Origin: an uncultured Gammaproteobacteria bacterium
GTDB lineage: Bacteria > Patescibacteriota > Patescibacteriia > Magasanikbacterales > UBA922
NCBI GenBank assembly: GCA_964418775.1
Contig: CAYQNA010000002.1
Location: 22,181 to 86,180, forward strand
Direction of reading: 5' to 3'
Length of the DNA stretch: 64,000 bases
Part shown: positions 42,501-51,443 of the stretch, piece after piece
How the letters are laid out: the number at the start of each line of letters is the position of its first letter
Position numbering within the stretch: the first letter of the stretch is position 1
Notes under the pieces: generated by a model
Seen by the model: only the letters and a program-made list of their open reading frames with translations
Told to the model about the DNA's origin: nothing
The model's database searches: none
Translations under genes and position numbers: made by a program

Positions 42501-43397
42501 AGTCACCTTAACATCCTTGCTGGCAGCGCGGAGACTAACTTTCAACATTTTGTTGAAAGCAGTACCATCGGCCAAACCACCGGCTGGCTGTACTGGCGTG
42601 TCAGCCGAGAGGCTAACCGACAATGCGCCACCAGTTGCTGGAGTAGTAACTGTAGAACCAGAGCGCTGTGAAGGGTTAGCCGACACAGTAGCTGGAGTTA
42701 CAGTAGTACTATCCATTGAAACAGCCGAGAAGGTAGCCTCGGATACAGTGCGAACATCCTTCGAGAGGTGTGCTGGCAAAGTACCGTCAACTTTCTTCAA
42801 CATGCCATTCCAGACATAGTACACAGTGGCGTCGTTGGCTTTCTTTACCAACTGACCATCGTGCAACTTTGTCAATTCACCACTAGCCGATGAAAGGTTG
42901 GCAAACCACTGGTCAGACCAGTCGGATACCATCTTTTCCCAACCAGCACCATAGGTAGCAGTAAGAACGCTGCCGTCAGTTACCTTTACCTTCATGTTGC
43001 CTGGAGCCACGGCCCAGATTGTTGGGCTAAGTGGAGTCTTGAGAAGACGAGAACCTGGGCGGAAGTTTACACCACCGGCCAAATCATAAGCGTCCAAACA
43101 AGAAGATGGGATTTCTTTAACCTGTACGTTAGCAAAGCTACCGTACCAGCTTTCGAAAACCAACGATGTTGGGAAGTACAAGCGCTTCATGTCGCTTGTC
43201 AACAAGTACACAGCAGTTGTTGCTGGGTTGCTCTTTATTGTTGGAACCTTGAAAAGGTCACCAGCAACGAGCTCAGGGCAGGAAGCTGCAGCCACGCCAG
43301 CTGGAACAAAGGCCGAAAGACCTACGCTCCAGACCATGGTCATACCGACCACAGACATGGTGAAAAGCTTCTTGCCGAACTTTTTAAATTCGTGCAT
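39537..43397 (-). CDS. Large secreted S-layer-like surface protein (1286 aa)
   Basis: Signal peptide, CPR-type N-terminal domain (GDLFK...FRPGSRLLK), Ser/Thr/Gly/Val-rich beta repeats, strongly biased codons suggesting high expression. Confidence 0.75.
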   Translation of the reverse strand: MHEFKKFGKKLFTMSVVGMTMVWSVGLSAFVPAGVAAASCPELVAGDLFKVPTIKSNPATTAVYLLTSDMKRLYFPTSLVFESWYGSFANVQVKEIPSSCLDAYDLAGGVNFRPGSRLLKTPLSPTIWAVAPGNMKVKVTDGSVLTATYGAGWEKMVSDWSDQWFANLSSASGELTKLHDGQLVKKANDATVYYVWNGMLKKVDGTLPAHLSKDVRTVSEATFSAVSMDSTTVTPATVSANPSQRSGSTVTTPATGGALSVSLSADTPVQPAGGLADGTAFNKMLKVSLRAASKDVKVTGLTITRNGLINNTYVTGVSVWNSAGYRKGNVMTSFNSSNQVTVGFGSDPILVAAGSTEVVTVAFNLSSDAGSGSVGASIADKAHIMTDASSVEGSFPVAGNIMSVVDGGNSLSSFTVTSTAVGGNSASGDAANVSVGDVKEIGKFRFAETSGRNNLAVNGIVFFLEGNARDKDFTNFEVLGQDNTVLGKTEYAGNRYVTVKFTSPYIVPMSQNRIVTLRAKVSDGSGNYLRAKIQNDFDVMVEDNALHYQLLPSSFVATGAADGYFKVREGSLTLSKSQASKSGNVSAGSTDVELASFDVTAVGEDLEIQKIGVGITTSGPTMALTGNLRLVADNGDTLAQFAASSASDALYAGGSQRNLSQYWTIPSGQTKKLYVRGDINSNATSTGYLVSVGNFYARRVSSQTYAENLPSSSNVGTSGNTVTVQASNLTVSKDTSVGSGTVSAGRTGVVLAQFVVQAGSAEGVRLTNVSVSSTGDALIVNGGVKNLKLMMGTSTASLTQVGATISAPATSSNAFSIDNTTVGSVPANALKVVQIVGDVSSAVSSGSYVWGLSSFTYIGLSTNNPQTGDPVLGQTMTVGAANVIISAINDTTTVSKLYTPSTAPVQLGKWKVEAQNEDVTLNKITFLVSRPDGSTKTEASEFGTLSLYDADAMSASLDESPYASGNVRFEKSNMLTIKANTTKYLVLMGQITGSGVMSPATTSAFFIAPTSTTNFEMLRSSGGTVENTMLDFGASGQTYNATHATTTFYLFHNAAPKIVSETLANGTALSKLTQSQIFRFTVTNQGDRPMKMSTTTINVQVSGLLASGATSGTGTIYGFELHDAEGAGFNSQTLATSSLANNTNSSGGVTGSACIAGGIGATASDATGACANSVTSSLNLVFGVDSDSQSLFEDIQIAPGASRTFVLTANTNNIAAGRTSYPSTVTVSASLAGSRGYVSGNATHEANWADGVIQYFYTPVNGSINTTAYSASDSYPVNGPSLSLAI

Positions 43398-43576
43398 AAA
43401 TAATGTTCTTGACTGAGAAAAATGATTTTCTCAAGTCAGGTTATTTAAGGACTGCTTGGCTACCGGGGATTCCGGCATCGACCTTGAGGCTAGCAGTTTC
43501 CCTGATTACTCAGGGGCACCATATACCGTATGGCTATCAACCCTGTACCAAGTACAGAACTGATAGCCGCACGGTA
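43398..43576 (-). promoter_or_regulatory. Multi-hairpin 5' leader of the S-layer gene
   Basis: Inverted repeats TGACTGAGAAAA/TTTTCTCAAGTCA, CCCTGA/TCAGGG, ATACCGT-GGCTATCA/TGATAGCC-ACGGTAT. Confidence 0.6.
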
Positions 43577-44827
43577 TTATTTTTTTGTGGAGGTTGACGC
43601 AGTCACAGTTGAGCTGGCACTAACCACAATTGGTAGATTTTTGGTTTCAACCAGAATTTGTTGTGTCTCACCCGCGGTTTGATTCAAATCCTTGAGCTTG
43701 CTTACAGCTTCGCGCAAATGGCCACCGTCAATTGTTTTTTGAATATCACCAACCGAAGCTTGCAAGGCTACAGTCTTTTGCTCGACCGCTTGAATAACAC
43801 TCGCCGGTACTATAGTAGCCGCAGCACCAGACGAAACTGTTACAGTTGTGCTTGCACTCGCTGTAGTGGTGCTAACGCCCATAGTAGATGTAGCTGGAGT
43901 TGAACTTGCAATACGGATTTCAACCAACTCAGTGGTAGAAGTAGCTTGCTGTTTGATGTTCTTAACTGCCTGTTCCAAACCAGATGTTGTTTCCGCCAAT
44001 TGGAATAACTTAGTATTTACCAAAATCGCTACAGTGGCACTGTTTGGAGACTCAGGTGAAGTTTTTTCTTGTGCTGTTACCACAGCCTCTACAGTTGTCA
44101 GAGTACTTGCATTCACTGATTTAACAGTATCAACTACGGTTTTAGTTAACTCAGTATCAACACTATTGGCAGCTGGCACAGTTTCCTGCAAACTCTTTAC
44201 AATTTCCGTGGCATTTTTATTTACATCAGTTACAATGGCAATCGCCGCTGGTAATTCGGCCTTAGAAACAGCTTGAACCTGAGTGTTTACAGCCTCACTT
44301 GCAGTTTTAACTGCTTCGGCTACATCTTTGGCCGCGACGTTCAAATCATTAACCGCTTTGGTGCGCACCGCACTGTCGTCCGACGTGGTACGCTCAGCCA
44401 CCGCACGCTTAATATCTTCGGTACGATTCTTAGCCAAACTCAAATGCAATTGTGCTTTTTCACTATCAGACGCAACCAGGCTCTTTACCGCGACTTCGGT
44501 ATTTTGAGCCGCGCGCTTTACAGACCACAAACGGTCTCCAGGCAAACTATTAAACGAGGCGCTCACACTGGCAATCCAACCACCAGTGGTCAAAACTGCC
44601 ACCAATAAACCAGCCAAAACCGGCTTAGCCAAACGCCAGGCACCAGCATTGCCAAAAATATATTTAACTTCTTCAGTGCGCGCAGACCAGGCTACTTTCT
44701 CGGGTACAACAACTGTGTTACCAATCTGGCTCATCAAACGTGCACGATTTTTTTGTGCCCATGCCAAATCAGGCTGAATGGTTTCAGCCTTTTGTAATTC
44801 GCGTAATTTGGCACGCATGGTTTGCAT
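43577..44827 (-). CDS. DUF5667-like membrane-anchored protein, probable anti-sigma factor
   Basis: Single TM then SLPGDRLWSVKRAAQ motif and coiled coil; directly follows the ECF sigma gene. Confidence 0.72.
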   Translation of the reverse strand: MQTMRAKLRELQKAETIQPDLAWAQKNRARLMSQIGNTVVVPEKVAWSARTEEVKYIFGNAGAWRLAKPVLAGLLVAVLTTGGWIASVSASFNSLPGDRLWSVKRAAQNTEVAVKSLVASDSEKAQLHLSLAKNRTEDIKRAVAERTTSDDSAVRTKAVNDLNVAAKDVAEAVKTASEAVNTQVQAVSKAELPAAIAIVTDVNKNATEIVKSLQETVPAANSVDTELTKTVVDTVKSVNASTLTTVEAVVTAQEKTSPESPNSATVAILVNTKLFQLAETTSGLEQAVKNIKQQATSTTELVEIRIASSTPATSTMGVSTTTASASTTVTVSSGAAATIVPASVIQAVEQKTVALQASVGDIQKTIDGGHLREAVSKLKDLNQTAGETQQILVETKNLPIVVSASSTVTASTSTKK

Positions 44828-44829
44828 AA

Positions 44830-45396
44830 TTACGAATTCTTTTTTTCAAGTTCATCCAGACGTTCTTTGGCGAGTTTAAGCGCCCGGTGCAGTGTAACCC
44901 GCACGTTGGTCTGGGTTTTTTCTAAAATTTGAGCAATTTCACCGACTGACAAGTCATCCACGTAGCGAAGCAGCAAAATTTCTTGATACTCACGCTTAAG
45001 TTGACTAATAACCCGCAGAATCGGCTGGGCATCGGCCCGGCTCTCGGCGGCAGCAAATTGTTTATCTACTGCGCCGATATTTTCCGCACTTTCCAGTGGC
45101 AGATTAGTATTATGCGCCTTGGCTCGATAAAAATCGACCAAACAATTGCGCGCAATCCTATACACCAGCCCGCTAAAGCTTTGGACTTCGTCAGGTTTGT
45201 GCTCCACAAGGTAATGCCACGTTTTAAGGAACACTGTGCTCGTAATATCCTCAGCTTCTTCCTTGTTGCCCACCTTAAAGTAGACAAAGCGGTAGATTTT
45301 CGCCAAGTACAGGTCATACAAAGCCCCAAAAGCCTGGGGGTCGCGACGGGTAATGACCTGATAGACCAGTTTTTTTTCACTAAAAAGATGTCGCAT
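44830..45396 (-). CDS. ECF-family RNA polymerase sigma factor
   Basis: AFGALYD, AEDITSTVFLK, YRIARN...D, LSVGEIAQIL...VRVTLHRA. Confidence 0.93.
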   Translation of the reverse strand: MRHLFSEKKLVYQVITRRDPQAFGALYDLYLAKIYRFVYFKVGNKEEAEDITSTVFLKTWHYLVEHKPDEVQSFSGLVYRIARNCLVDFYRAKAHNTNLPLESAENIGAVDKQFAAAESRADAQPILRVISQLKREYQEILLLRYVDDLSVGEIAQILEKTQTNVRVTLHRALKLAKERLDELEKKNS

Positions 45397-45497
45397 AGTA
45401 GAAGACGGCGTTCAGGCGAAAGTGTTACACCTGGGCCATCAGACGTCAAAAGTAGGGCCACTATAGCAGAGTAGAGCCAAAAAAGCAAGTAAATCGC

Positions 45498-45526
45498 TTG
45501 ACTTTTTGGCAAATTTAGGGTATATT
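45498..45526 (+). promoter_or_regulatory. Promoter of the HTH gene
   Basis: TTGACT 45498-45503, 17 bp, TATATT 45521-45526. Confidence 0.65.
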
Positions 45527-45541
45527 TGTATATACTTGTGT

Positions 45542-45874
45542 ATGGAAAGCACTCCAAATAATCAAAACCAAGAGCTAGAAACCAGTCACAAAGAGGTCAT
45601 CCGGGTCTCGATTTCCGAGGCTGCCCGCCTCTTTGGGGTCAACCCTCAAACCATCCGTCGAGCCATTACTAACCAGGAAATCGCCTACGTTGTTGTGGCT
45701 GGGCGGTACAAATTGAACTTCGAGAGCCTAGTTAAGTGGTCCCAACGCAAAACCACGGTCCGCAACAAATCCAACCAAAAAGGCATTGGCCAGTACGTGG
45801 GCCAGTGGCGGATCTCCAATACCCTGTATTCCCCTAGCCCCAAACTAGTCAAAAAGGAAGACGAGGGTGTATAA
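45542..45874 (+). CDS. Helix-turn-helix DNA-binding protein (excisionase/MerR-like)
   Basis: VSISEAARLFGVNPQTIRRAI; ATG at 45542. Confidence 0.8.
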   Translation: MESTPNNQNQELETSHKEVIRVSISEAARLFGVNPQTIRRAITNQEIAYVVVAGRYKLNFESLVKWSQRKTTVRNKSNQKGIGQYVGQWRISNTLYSPSPKLVKKEDEGV

Positions 45875-45881
45875 TGGCTTC

Positions 45882-47732
45882 ATGAGATACGTGGCCAAAC
45901 ACCTCACGCGACACCATTTATTCCACGCCCCGCACCGGTGGTTTTTTGCGCTTCTGCTCTCCCCTATTCACGCGGCCGAGCTGCATTACCAAAAACGCTA
46001 CCACTTACAGTTTGCGCATGCACGCAAACTTTTTTTATTTGACTTAAGTTTAATTGCGCTCATTGTCGGGCTCGCAGGCTTGACTGCGTATTGGTTCTGG
46101 TATGACCCAACAATCACCGAACAAATTGCATTAAATGTGCGCGCCAACACTGAAACCAACAGTGACGAAGCCGGTCGTATCCGCAGTGGTGAAAGAATTA
46201 CGTTTGCCATCAATTATCAAAACAACAGTGACCAAGAATTAAACGCCACTGAGTTGCGTGTGCGTTTACCCCAGCATTTTATTATACAAAACACCGCTGG
46301 CGCAAATTTCAACACGAGCACACAAACATTTTTCATTGGCCGTGTGTTGCGTAACACCAATAACACCGTGTACGCCACTGGTATATTTTACGGCACGCCA
46401 AGCACAGACGAACACGTGATTGCCGAGTTGCACTACACCCCAAGTTTACGTGCACAAACCGAAAGCAAGTTAGCCGCGCTCATTACCAATTTGCGCGACT
46501 CTGTGTTACAAACAAGCGTTGAATTACCGGCACGTTTACCGGCACGCAGCAACACCAAAACTGTTTTAACATTGTATAATTCACACAGTTTTGATTTGCC
46601 GGAAATTTTTGTGCCATTTGCGACTGGTTCAATTTCAGTCTCAGGCGCCCGCAGCGCATTTGGCACAATTACAGCCGATGGTTGGCGCTTACCAGGACTT
46701 AAACCAAATGAAAAAGCCTATCTTGACCTAAGCATAAACACCAATATTTCCGGGCCAATGAGCACTGCCTCGCTGCGTGTAACGCCATACATTTTCCCCA
46801 ATGGCGTAAGTATTGCACAGCAAACTTTGGAAAAAAATTGGACTGTAGCGCGCCCCGAAATTAGTGTGAATAGTAGCTGGGAAAATAAAACTGCAGCTGC
46901 GGGTAGTAGTCAAAAATTAACTGTGACGCTCCGCAATTTTGGAACTGAATTAATTCAAAATCTAGCACTCACAATTCCACTTGGGGCGAATGTTGACGCA
47001 ACGCGTTGGAGTGCGGCAAACAACGGACGCGTCGCCAATGGCGCAGCTACAATTACACGTGCGCACGATGCGCGTTTAAATGAACTTCAACCAGGCCAAG
47101 AAATTGTTTTTAATTTTTCTGTGCCAATTAAAAATTTCCCAATTGGTGCAGCCAATGCAAAAGTTTCACTACCACTTCGTTTGCACGCGCAGATTGCGGG
47201 CATCACAAGTGAATTTGACAATGAGACAGCTACACCTGAATTATCACTCGGCACTGCACTTCGTGTGTCTGGTGAAGCGCGATATTACACGGCCGAGGGT
47301 GATCAATTAGGTCGCGGACCACTACCGCCCCAGGTTGGTAAACAAACCAAATACGCCGTACTACTACACGTGGTTAACTCCGTTGCCGATGCAGAAAATG
47401 TACGCTTAACCGCAACACTACCAAACGGAATCGAGTGGACAGGAAAAACCAGCGTGAGCCGCGGGCAAGAAATTTCGTATGATGCAGTCACGCGACGTTT
47501 GAGTTGGAGTACGCGCACATTCCCGGCATTATCAGAATTAAGCGTGTTTGTGGAAGTTGGTTTTACACCAACCGAATCACAGCGGGGACAAACCGTACCA
47601 TTACTGCAAAACATTATTGTCGAGGGAACCGATGCCACCCTGGGTGACGCATTGCGTGCTAGTGCGGCCACACTTACGAGTGCACTCAACGCCGATACCC
47701 TTGCCCAATCCGCTAGTACCGCGGTGCGTTAA
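45882..47732 (+). CDS. Single-TM protein with extracellular Ig-like (DUF11-like) repeats
   Basis: TM near residue 55; FAINYQNNS, VTLRNFG, GRGPLPPQVG motifs. Confidence 0.7.
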   Translation: MRYVAKHLTRHHLFHAPHRWFFALLLSPIHAAELHYQKRYHLQFAHARKLFLFDLSLIALIVGLAGLTAYWFWYDPTITEQIALNVRANTETNSDEAGRIRSGERITFAINYQNNSDQELNATELRVRLPQHFIIQNTAGANFNTSTQTFFIGRVLRNTNNTVYATGIFYGTPSTDEHVIAELHYTPSLRAQTESKLAALITNLRDSVLQTSVELPARLPARSNTKTVLTLYNSHSFDLPEIFVPFATGSISVSGARSAFGTITADGWRLPGLKPNEKAYLDLSINTNISGPMSTASLRVTPYIFPNGVSIAQQTLEKNWTVARPEISVNSSWENKTAAAGSSQKLTVTLRNFGTELIQNLALTIPLGANVDATRWSAANNGRVANGAATITRAHDARLNELQPGQEIVFNFSVPIKNFPIGAANAKVSLPLRLHAQIAGITSEFDNETATPELSLGTALRVSGEARYYTAEGDQLGRGPLPPQVGKQTKYAVLLHVVNSVADAENVRLTATLPNGIEWTGKTSVSRGQEISYDAVTRRLSWSTRTFPALSELSVFVEVGFTPTESQRGQTVPLLQNIIVEGTDATLGDALRASAATLTSALNADTLAQSASTAVR

Positions 47733-47734
47733 TA

Positions 47735-47763
47735 TTGACAAGAATAACAAACTCGGCGATACT
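47735..47763 (+). promoter_or_regulatory. Promoter of high-GC cassette 1
   Basis: TTGACA 47735-47740, 17 bp, GATACT 47758-47763. Confidence 0.7.
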
Positions 47764-47793
47764 CAGGCTTCGCTCTTTTACAATCCAGAGGTT

Positions 47794-47869
47794 TGGGAAT
47801 TTTTAGCTAAACTTCAGCTTGGCGTTGTGTGTCACATTACCCTAAGCTGAAGTTGAGTTAAATTTCCCA
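47794..47869 (+). repeat. Long imperfect hairpin in the 5' UTR of cassette 1
   Basis: TGGGAATTT..AACTTCAGCTT / AAGCTGAAGTT..AAATTTCCCA, with G-U pairs on the sense strand. Confidence 0.8.
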
Positions 47870-47913
47870 AAAAGGTAAACCCAAAAAGTCCGCGCAGGAC
47901 GCCAAGGCGAGAA

Positions 47914-49992
47914 ATGAAATACATGACCTTGTGTCTAGTTGCAGCCGTGACGAGCTGCGGCTTTAACTTCTCCCTGGATGGGAAGTGTTTCGAGGGAGAG
48001 ACCTACATCACTAACCCCAACTGCCCGCCGCCCGATGGCGCGGACAGCACGGACAGCGTTGACGGTCTCGATGCAATTGACAGTGTCGGCACTACCGGCA
48101 TCGACACGGTCGACGGCATGGACGGGATCGCTGCAGTCGTGGACGGTGTCGCCGGTGCGTACAGCACCGACGCCACAGACTCAACCGATACCACCGACGG
48201 CACGTCTGACGGGACGGATGGAACCGATGCCACCGATGGCACGGAACCGACTGACTCCGAGGATGGGTCAGATAGCACTGATGCTACTGATGGCACAGTG
48301 GTACTAACCTGTGTTGTGGATACGGACTGCATCGACGACGGCAACCCGTGCACGACAACCAAGTGCGACCCGAATGGCGAGTGCGTGCACCCGCCGAATT
48401 CGGAGTTGTGCGACGATGGTAATGCGTGTACGGCCGGCGACGTTTGTCAGGCCGGTGAGTGTACGGGCACGAGCATCACGTGTGATGACGCTAACCCCTG
48501 CACCACCGACACGTGCACGTCGCCGAGTGGCTGCGTGTTCGTATTCAACACAGCGACGTGCGATGACGGCAACCCGTGCAGCGTTAGTGATGTTTGCAAT
48601 TCTGGCACGTGTCAGAGCGGCAACAACATGTGCGCGTGCAAAACGGACACCGACTGCGTGCCCCACAACGACGACAACCTGTGCAATGGCCAGCTCCATT
48701 GCCTGGTGTCCGGTGGTGTGGGCAACTGCGTGCCGGACGAATCCACGGTCGTCGTGTGCAACACGAATCAGAACACGGACTGCCTTACAGCGGTCTGTGT
48801 GCCGGCCACAGGTGAATGCGCGCTTCAATCCACGCACGAGCAGGAAGCATGCTCGGACGATGGCGATGCGTGCACGATCCTCGAGACGTGCCAGAACGGC
48901 CAGTGCTTAGGCAAACCGCGGGTCTGCGACGATGACGACCTCTGTACGGGGACGGAATCGTGCGATCCAACGAGCGGTTGTGTTCCGGGTACGCCAAAGG
49001 TGTGTAATGACGGGGAGGCTTGCAACGGCCTCGAAACCTGCATCACCATCTACGGCGGCTGCATCCCGGGCATACCCAAGAACTGCAGTGACAGCGATCC
49101 CTGCACGCTCGATTCGTGTACGTCAGGTTCGGGCAACTGCGTCCACGATGTCGGGGCCCTTGACTGTGATGATACCAATCCCTGCACGTTCGATCTGTGC
49201 GTGCCAGTGGTTGGCTGTCTGAACCAGGGGGGGCTCCAGCTCGAGGACATTGCGTGCAACGACGGCAACGCCTGCACTACTGTCGACGCGTGCAACAGCA
49301 CGGGGCAGTGTGTGGGCAATGAACCGGTCGTGTGCACGGCCATGGACCAGTGCCACGATGCGGGTACATGTGACGTGGCGACGGGCGAGTGTTCGCAGCC
49401 GACGGTGAAAAACAGCACGCCCTGCAACGACGGGACGCTGTGCACCACCGGTGACGTTTGTGTGGAAGGTACGTGTGTGGGTAACGAACTTCCACCCTGC
49501 GTACCTGATGCTTGCCACACCAAAGGTTTCTGCAATCCAGAGGATGGCCAGTGTTACCAGGAAGATGCGGACCTCGTACAGTGCCCGACTGACAACGTGC
49601 CCTGCACGTATGACAGTTGGTGCGACCCCCTGGTGGGTTGCTATCACCTGGACATTGGTCGTTTGCCAAATTCCTACGGCAACTGCGGCGTTGACTCTAC
49701 TCTGACGTCTGGCAACCTAGACTTTGACGAATTTCCAGACTACGCTGACCAGGATGCAGATGCGGACGGAATCTGCGACCCCGGTGTATTCTGGGGTGGA
49801 CAGAACTGCACATATCTCCCCAATGACAAGCGGGACAATGCGTCCCGGGTTTATAACCCGGACCAATCTGACCAGGATGGCGATGGTCTCGGGGACGTCA
49901 TTGATCCTGACGCTGATGGGAGTGGGTGCTACGATGCCTCGTTCCCCATCATTCCGGCCGGGGCCTGCGTGGATCTCCCGGTCTCACCATAA
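47914..49992 (+). CDS. Cysteine-rich repeat lipoprotein (CDDGNxCTxDxC repeats, TSP3-like Ca-binding tail)
   Basis: Lipobox-like VTSC, acidic TDSTDATDG linker, many CxDGNxCT repeats, NPDQSDQDGDGLGD; GC above flanks. Confidence 0.85.
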   Translation: MKYMTLCLVAAVTSCGFNFSLDGKCFEGETYITNPNCPPPDGADSTDSVDGLDAIDSVGTTGIDTVDGMDGIAAVVDGVAGAYSTDATDSTDTTDGTSDGTDGTDATDGTEPTDSEDGSDSTDATDGTVVLTCVVDTDCIDDGNPCTTTKCDPNGECVHPPNSELCDDGNACTAGDVCQAGECTGTSITCDDANPCTTDTCTSPSGCVFVFNTATCDDGNPCSVSDVCNSGTCQSGNNMCACKTDTDCVPHNDDNLCNGQLHCLVSGGVGNCVPDESTVVVCNTNQNTDCLTAVCVPATGECALQSTHEQEACSDDGDACTILETCQNGQCLGKPRVCDDDDLCTGTESCDPTSGCVPGTPKVCNDGEACNGLETCITIYGGCIPGIPKNCSDSDPCTLDSCTSGSGNCVHDVGALDCDDTNPCTFDLCVPVVGCLNQGGLQLEDIACNDGNACTTVDACNSTGQCVGNEPVVCTAMDQCHDAGTCDVATGECSQPTVKNSTPCNDGTLCTTGDVCVEGTCVGNELPPCVPDACHTKGFCNPEDGQCYQEDADLVQCPTDNVPCTYDSWCDPLVGCYHLDIGRLPNSYGNCGVDSTLTSGNLDFDEFPDYADQDADADGICDPGVFWGGQNCTYLPNDKRDNASRVYNPDQSDQDGDGLGDVIDPDADGSGCYDASFPIIPAGACVDLPVSP

Positions 49993-50073
49993 CCTTTAAC
50001 CTCTGGGGCGGGCTGTAAGTCACTTGCAGCCCGGCGCCCTTTTGACCCCCTGCCTAGGGGTTTAGAAGAGCCT

Positions 50074-50101
50074 AAAAAACCGCTTAAATAAGCGGTTTTT
50101 T
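50074..50101 (+). terminator. Bidirectional intrinsic terminator
   Basis: AAAAAACCGCTTA-AA-TAAGCGGTTTTTT. Confidence 0.85.
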
Positions 50102-50128
50102 ATTTACATAAGTTATCCCCCTCCCCTA

Positions 50129-50157
50129 TTGACAAAAGGGCTGTTTTTTGGTATACT
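50129..50157 (+). promoter_or_regulatory. Promoter of the GT4 gene
   Basis: TTGACA 50129-50134, 17 bp, TG-extended TATACT 50152-50157. Confidence 0.8.
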
Positions 50158-50184
50158 CTCCAGTTATTTTTAAGGGCCACCCCT

Positions 50185-51357
50185 ATGCGTATTGCGATGA
50201 TCGGACAAAAAGGTATGCCTGCCACCTACGGCGGGGTGGAGCGCCATGTCCACGATTTAGCCGTGCGCCTGGTTAAAGCCGGTCATCAAGTGACTGCCTA
50301 TAGCCGCGCCTGGTACACCGGCGGCCACATGGGTCCAGTTGAGGGTGTTTCAATTGCCCTCTTGCCAAGTATCAAGAGCCAAAGCTTGGACACCATTACT
50401 CACACGGTCTTGGCCTCGTGGCACGCTGCACGCGCCAAGTTTGACGTGATCCACTATCACGGTGTTGGTCCATCTTTAATGGCTTGGATCCCTCGTTTGA
50501 TTTCACCTAAGACCAAAATTGTCTCCACATTCCACTCCATTGACCGCCACCAGCCAAAGTGGGGCCGCTTTGCCAAATTCATGTTGCGCCTCGGGGAATG
50601 GTGTGCTTGTCGCTTGGCTCATGACACAATTGTAGTGTCGAAAAGCTTGCAGAACTACTGCTTGAACGAATACAACCGCATTACCAATTACATTCCAAAC
50701 GGGACAGCATTGCGCCGTTCAGATAAAATCTCGACCGCGCCATTGGCTCAGTTTGGTTTGCAAGATGGCCAATACTTAGTCATGGTCGCACGTTTGATCC
50801 CAACCAAGGGTGCCCACTTACTTATCGATGCGTTTGAACAACTTAAGAACGGCAGCGCAGCAGCCAAAAATCTCAAACTTGCCATTGTTGGCGACACTGT
50901 AAATACGGACGCCTATGTGGCCCGCCTCAAAGCGCAAGCTGCTGGCAACTCAGACATTGTCTTCACTGGTTTCCAATCTGGTACCGAACTCCGTGCATTG
51001 TATGCGCACAGTTTTGCGGTGGTGCACCCATCGTTCAGCGAAGGCTTGCCAATTACAGTGCTCGAAGCCATGAGTTATGCCAAGCCAGTGCTTGTGTCTG
51101 ACATTGTGGAGCACCTGGAAGTCGTAACTGACCGCCGCGTCTTGTACGCGCAAAACTCAGTGCGCGACTTGGCCCGCTGCTTAAAAGAATTCCTTGAATT
51201 ACCGGCCGCAGAACGCGAAACTATCGGCATGCTTAATCGCCAAATGGTTCGCGCCAACTTTAGTTGGGAAACATTGGTACCACAAACAATTGCCGTGTAC
51301 CAAAACCCCGTGCCAGACTCAACAGTGGCCCGCAAAGAAATTTTGGCCACGACCTAA
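50185..51357 (+). CDS. GT4 glycosyltransferase
   Basis: GMPATYGGVE, ARLIPTKG, EGLPITVLEAMSY. Confidence 0.9.
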   Translation: MRIAMIGQKGMPATYGGVERHVHDLAVRLVKAGHQVTAYSRAWYTGGHMGPVEGVSIALLPSIKSQSLDTITHTVLASWHAARAKFDVIHYHGVGPSLMAWIPRLISPKTKIVSTFHSIDRHQPKWGRFAKFMLRLGEWCACRLAHDTIVVSKSLQNYCLNEYNRITNYIPNGTALRRSDKISTAPLAQFGLQDGQYLVMVARLIPTKGAHLLIDAFEQLKNGSAAAKNLKLAIVGDTVNTDAYVARLKAQAAGNSDIVFTGFQSGTELRALYAHSFAVVHPSFSEGLPITVLEAMSYAKPVLVSDIVEHLEVVTDRRVLYAQNSVRDLARCLKEFLELPAAERETIGMLNRQMVRANFSWETLVPQTIAVYQNPVPDSTVARKEILATT

Positions 51358-51373
51358 GCAAAATCATATACCA

Positions 51374-51398
51374 AAAAGACCCCGCACAGGGGTCTTTT
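51374..51398. terminator. Bidirectional terminator between convergent genes
   Basis: AAAAGACCCC-GCACA-GGGGTCTTTT. Confidence 0.8.
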
Positions 51399-51443
51399 GT
51401 TTTACAAAAAGTAAACTATGCGCCTTTTAATACGTGCCAAGAA

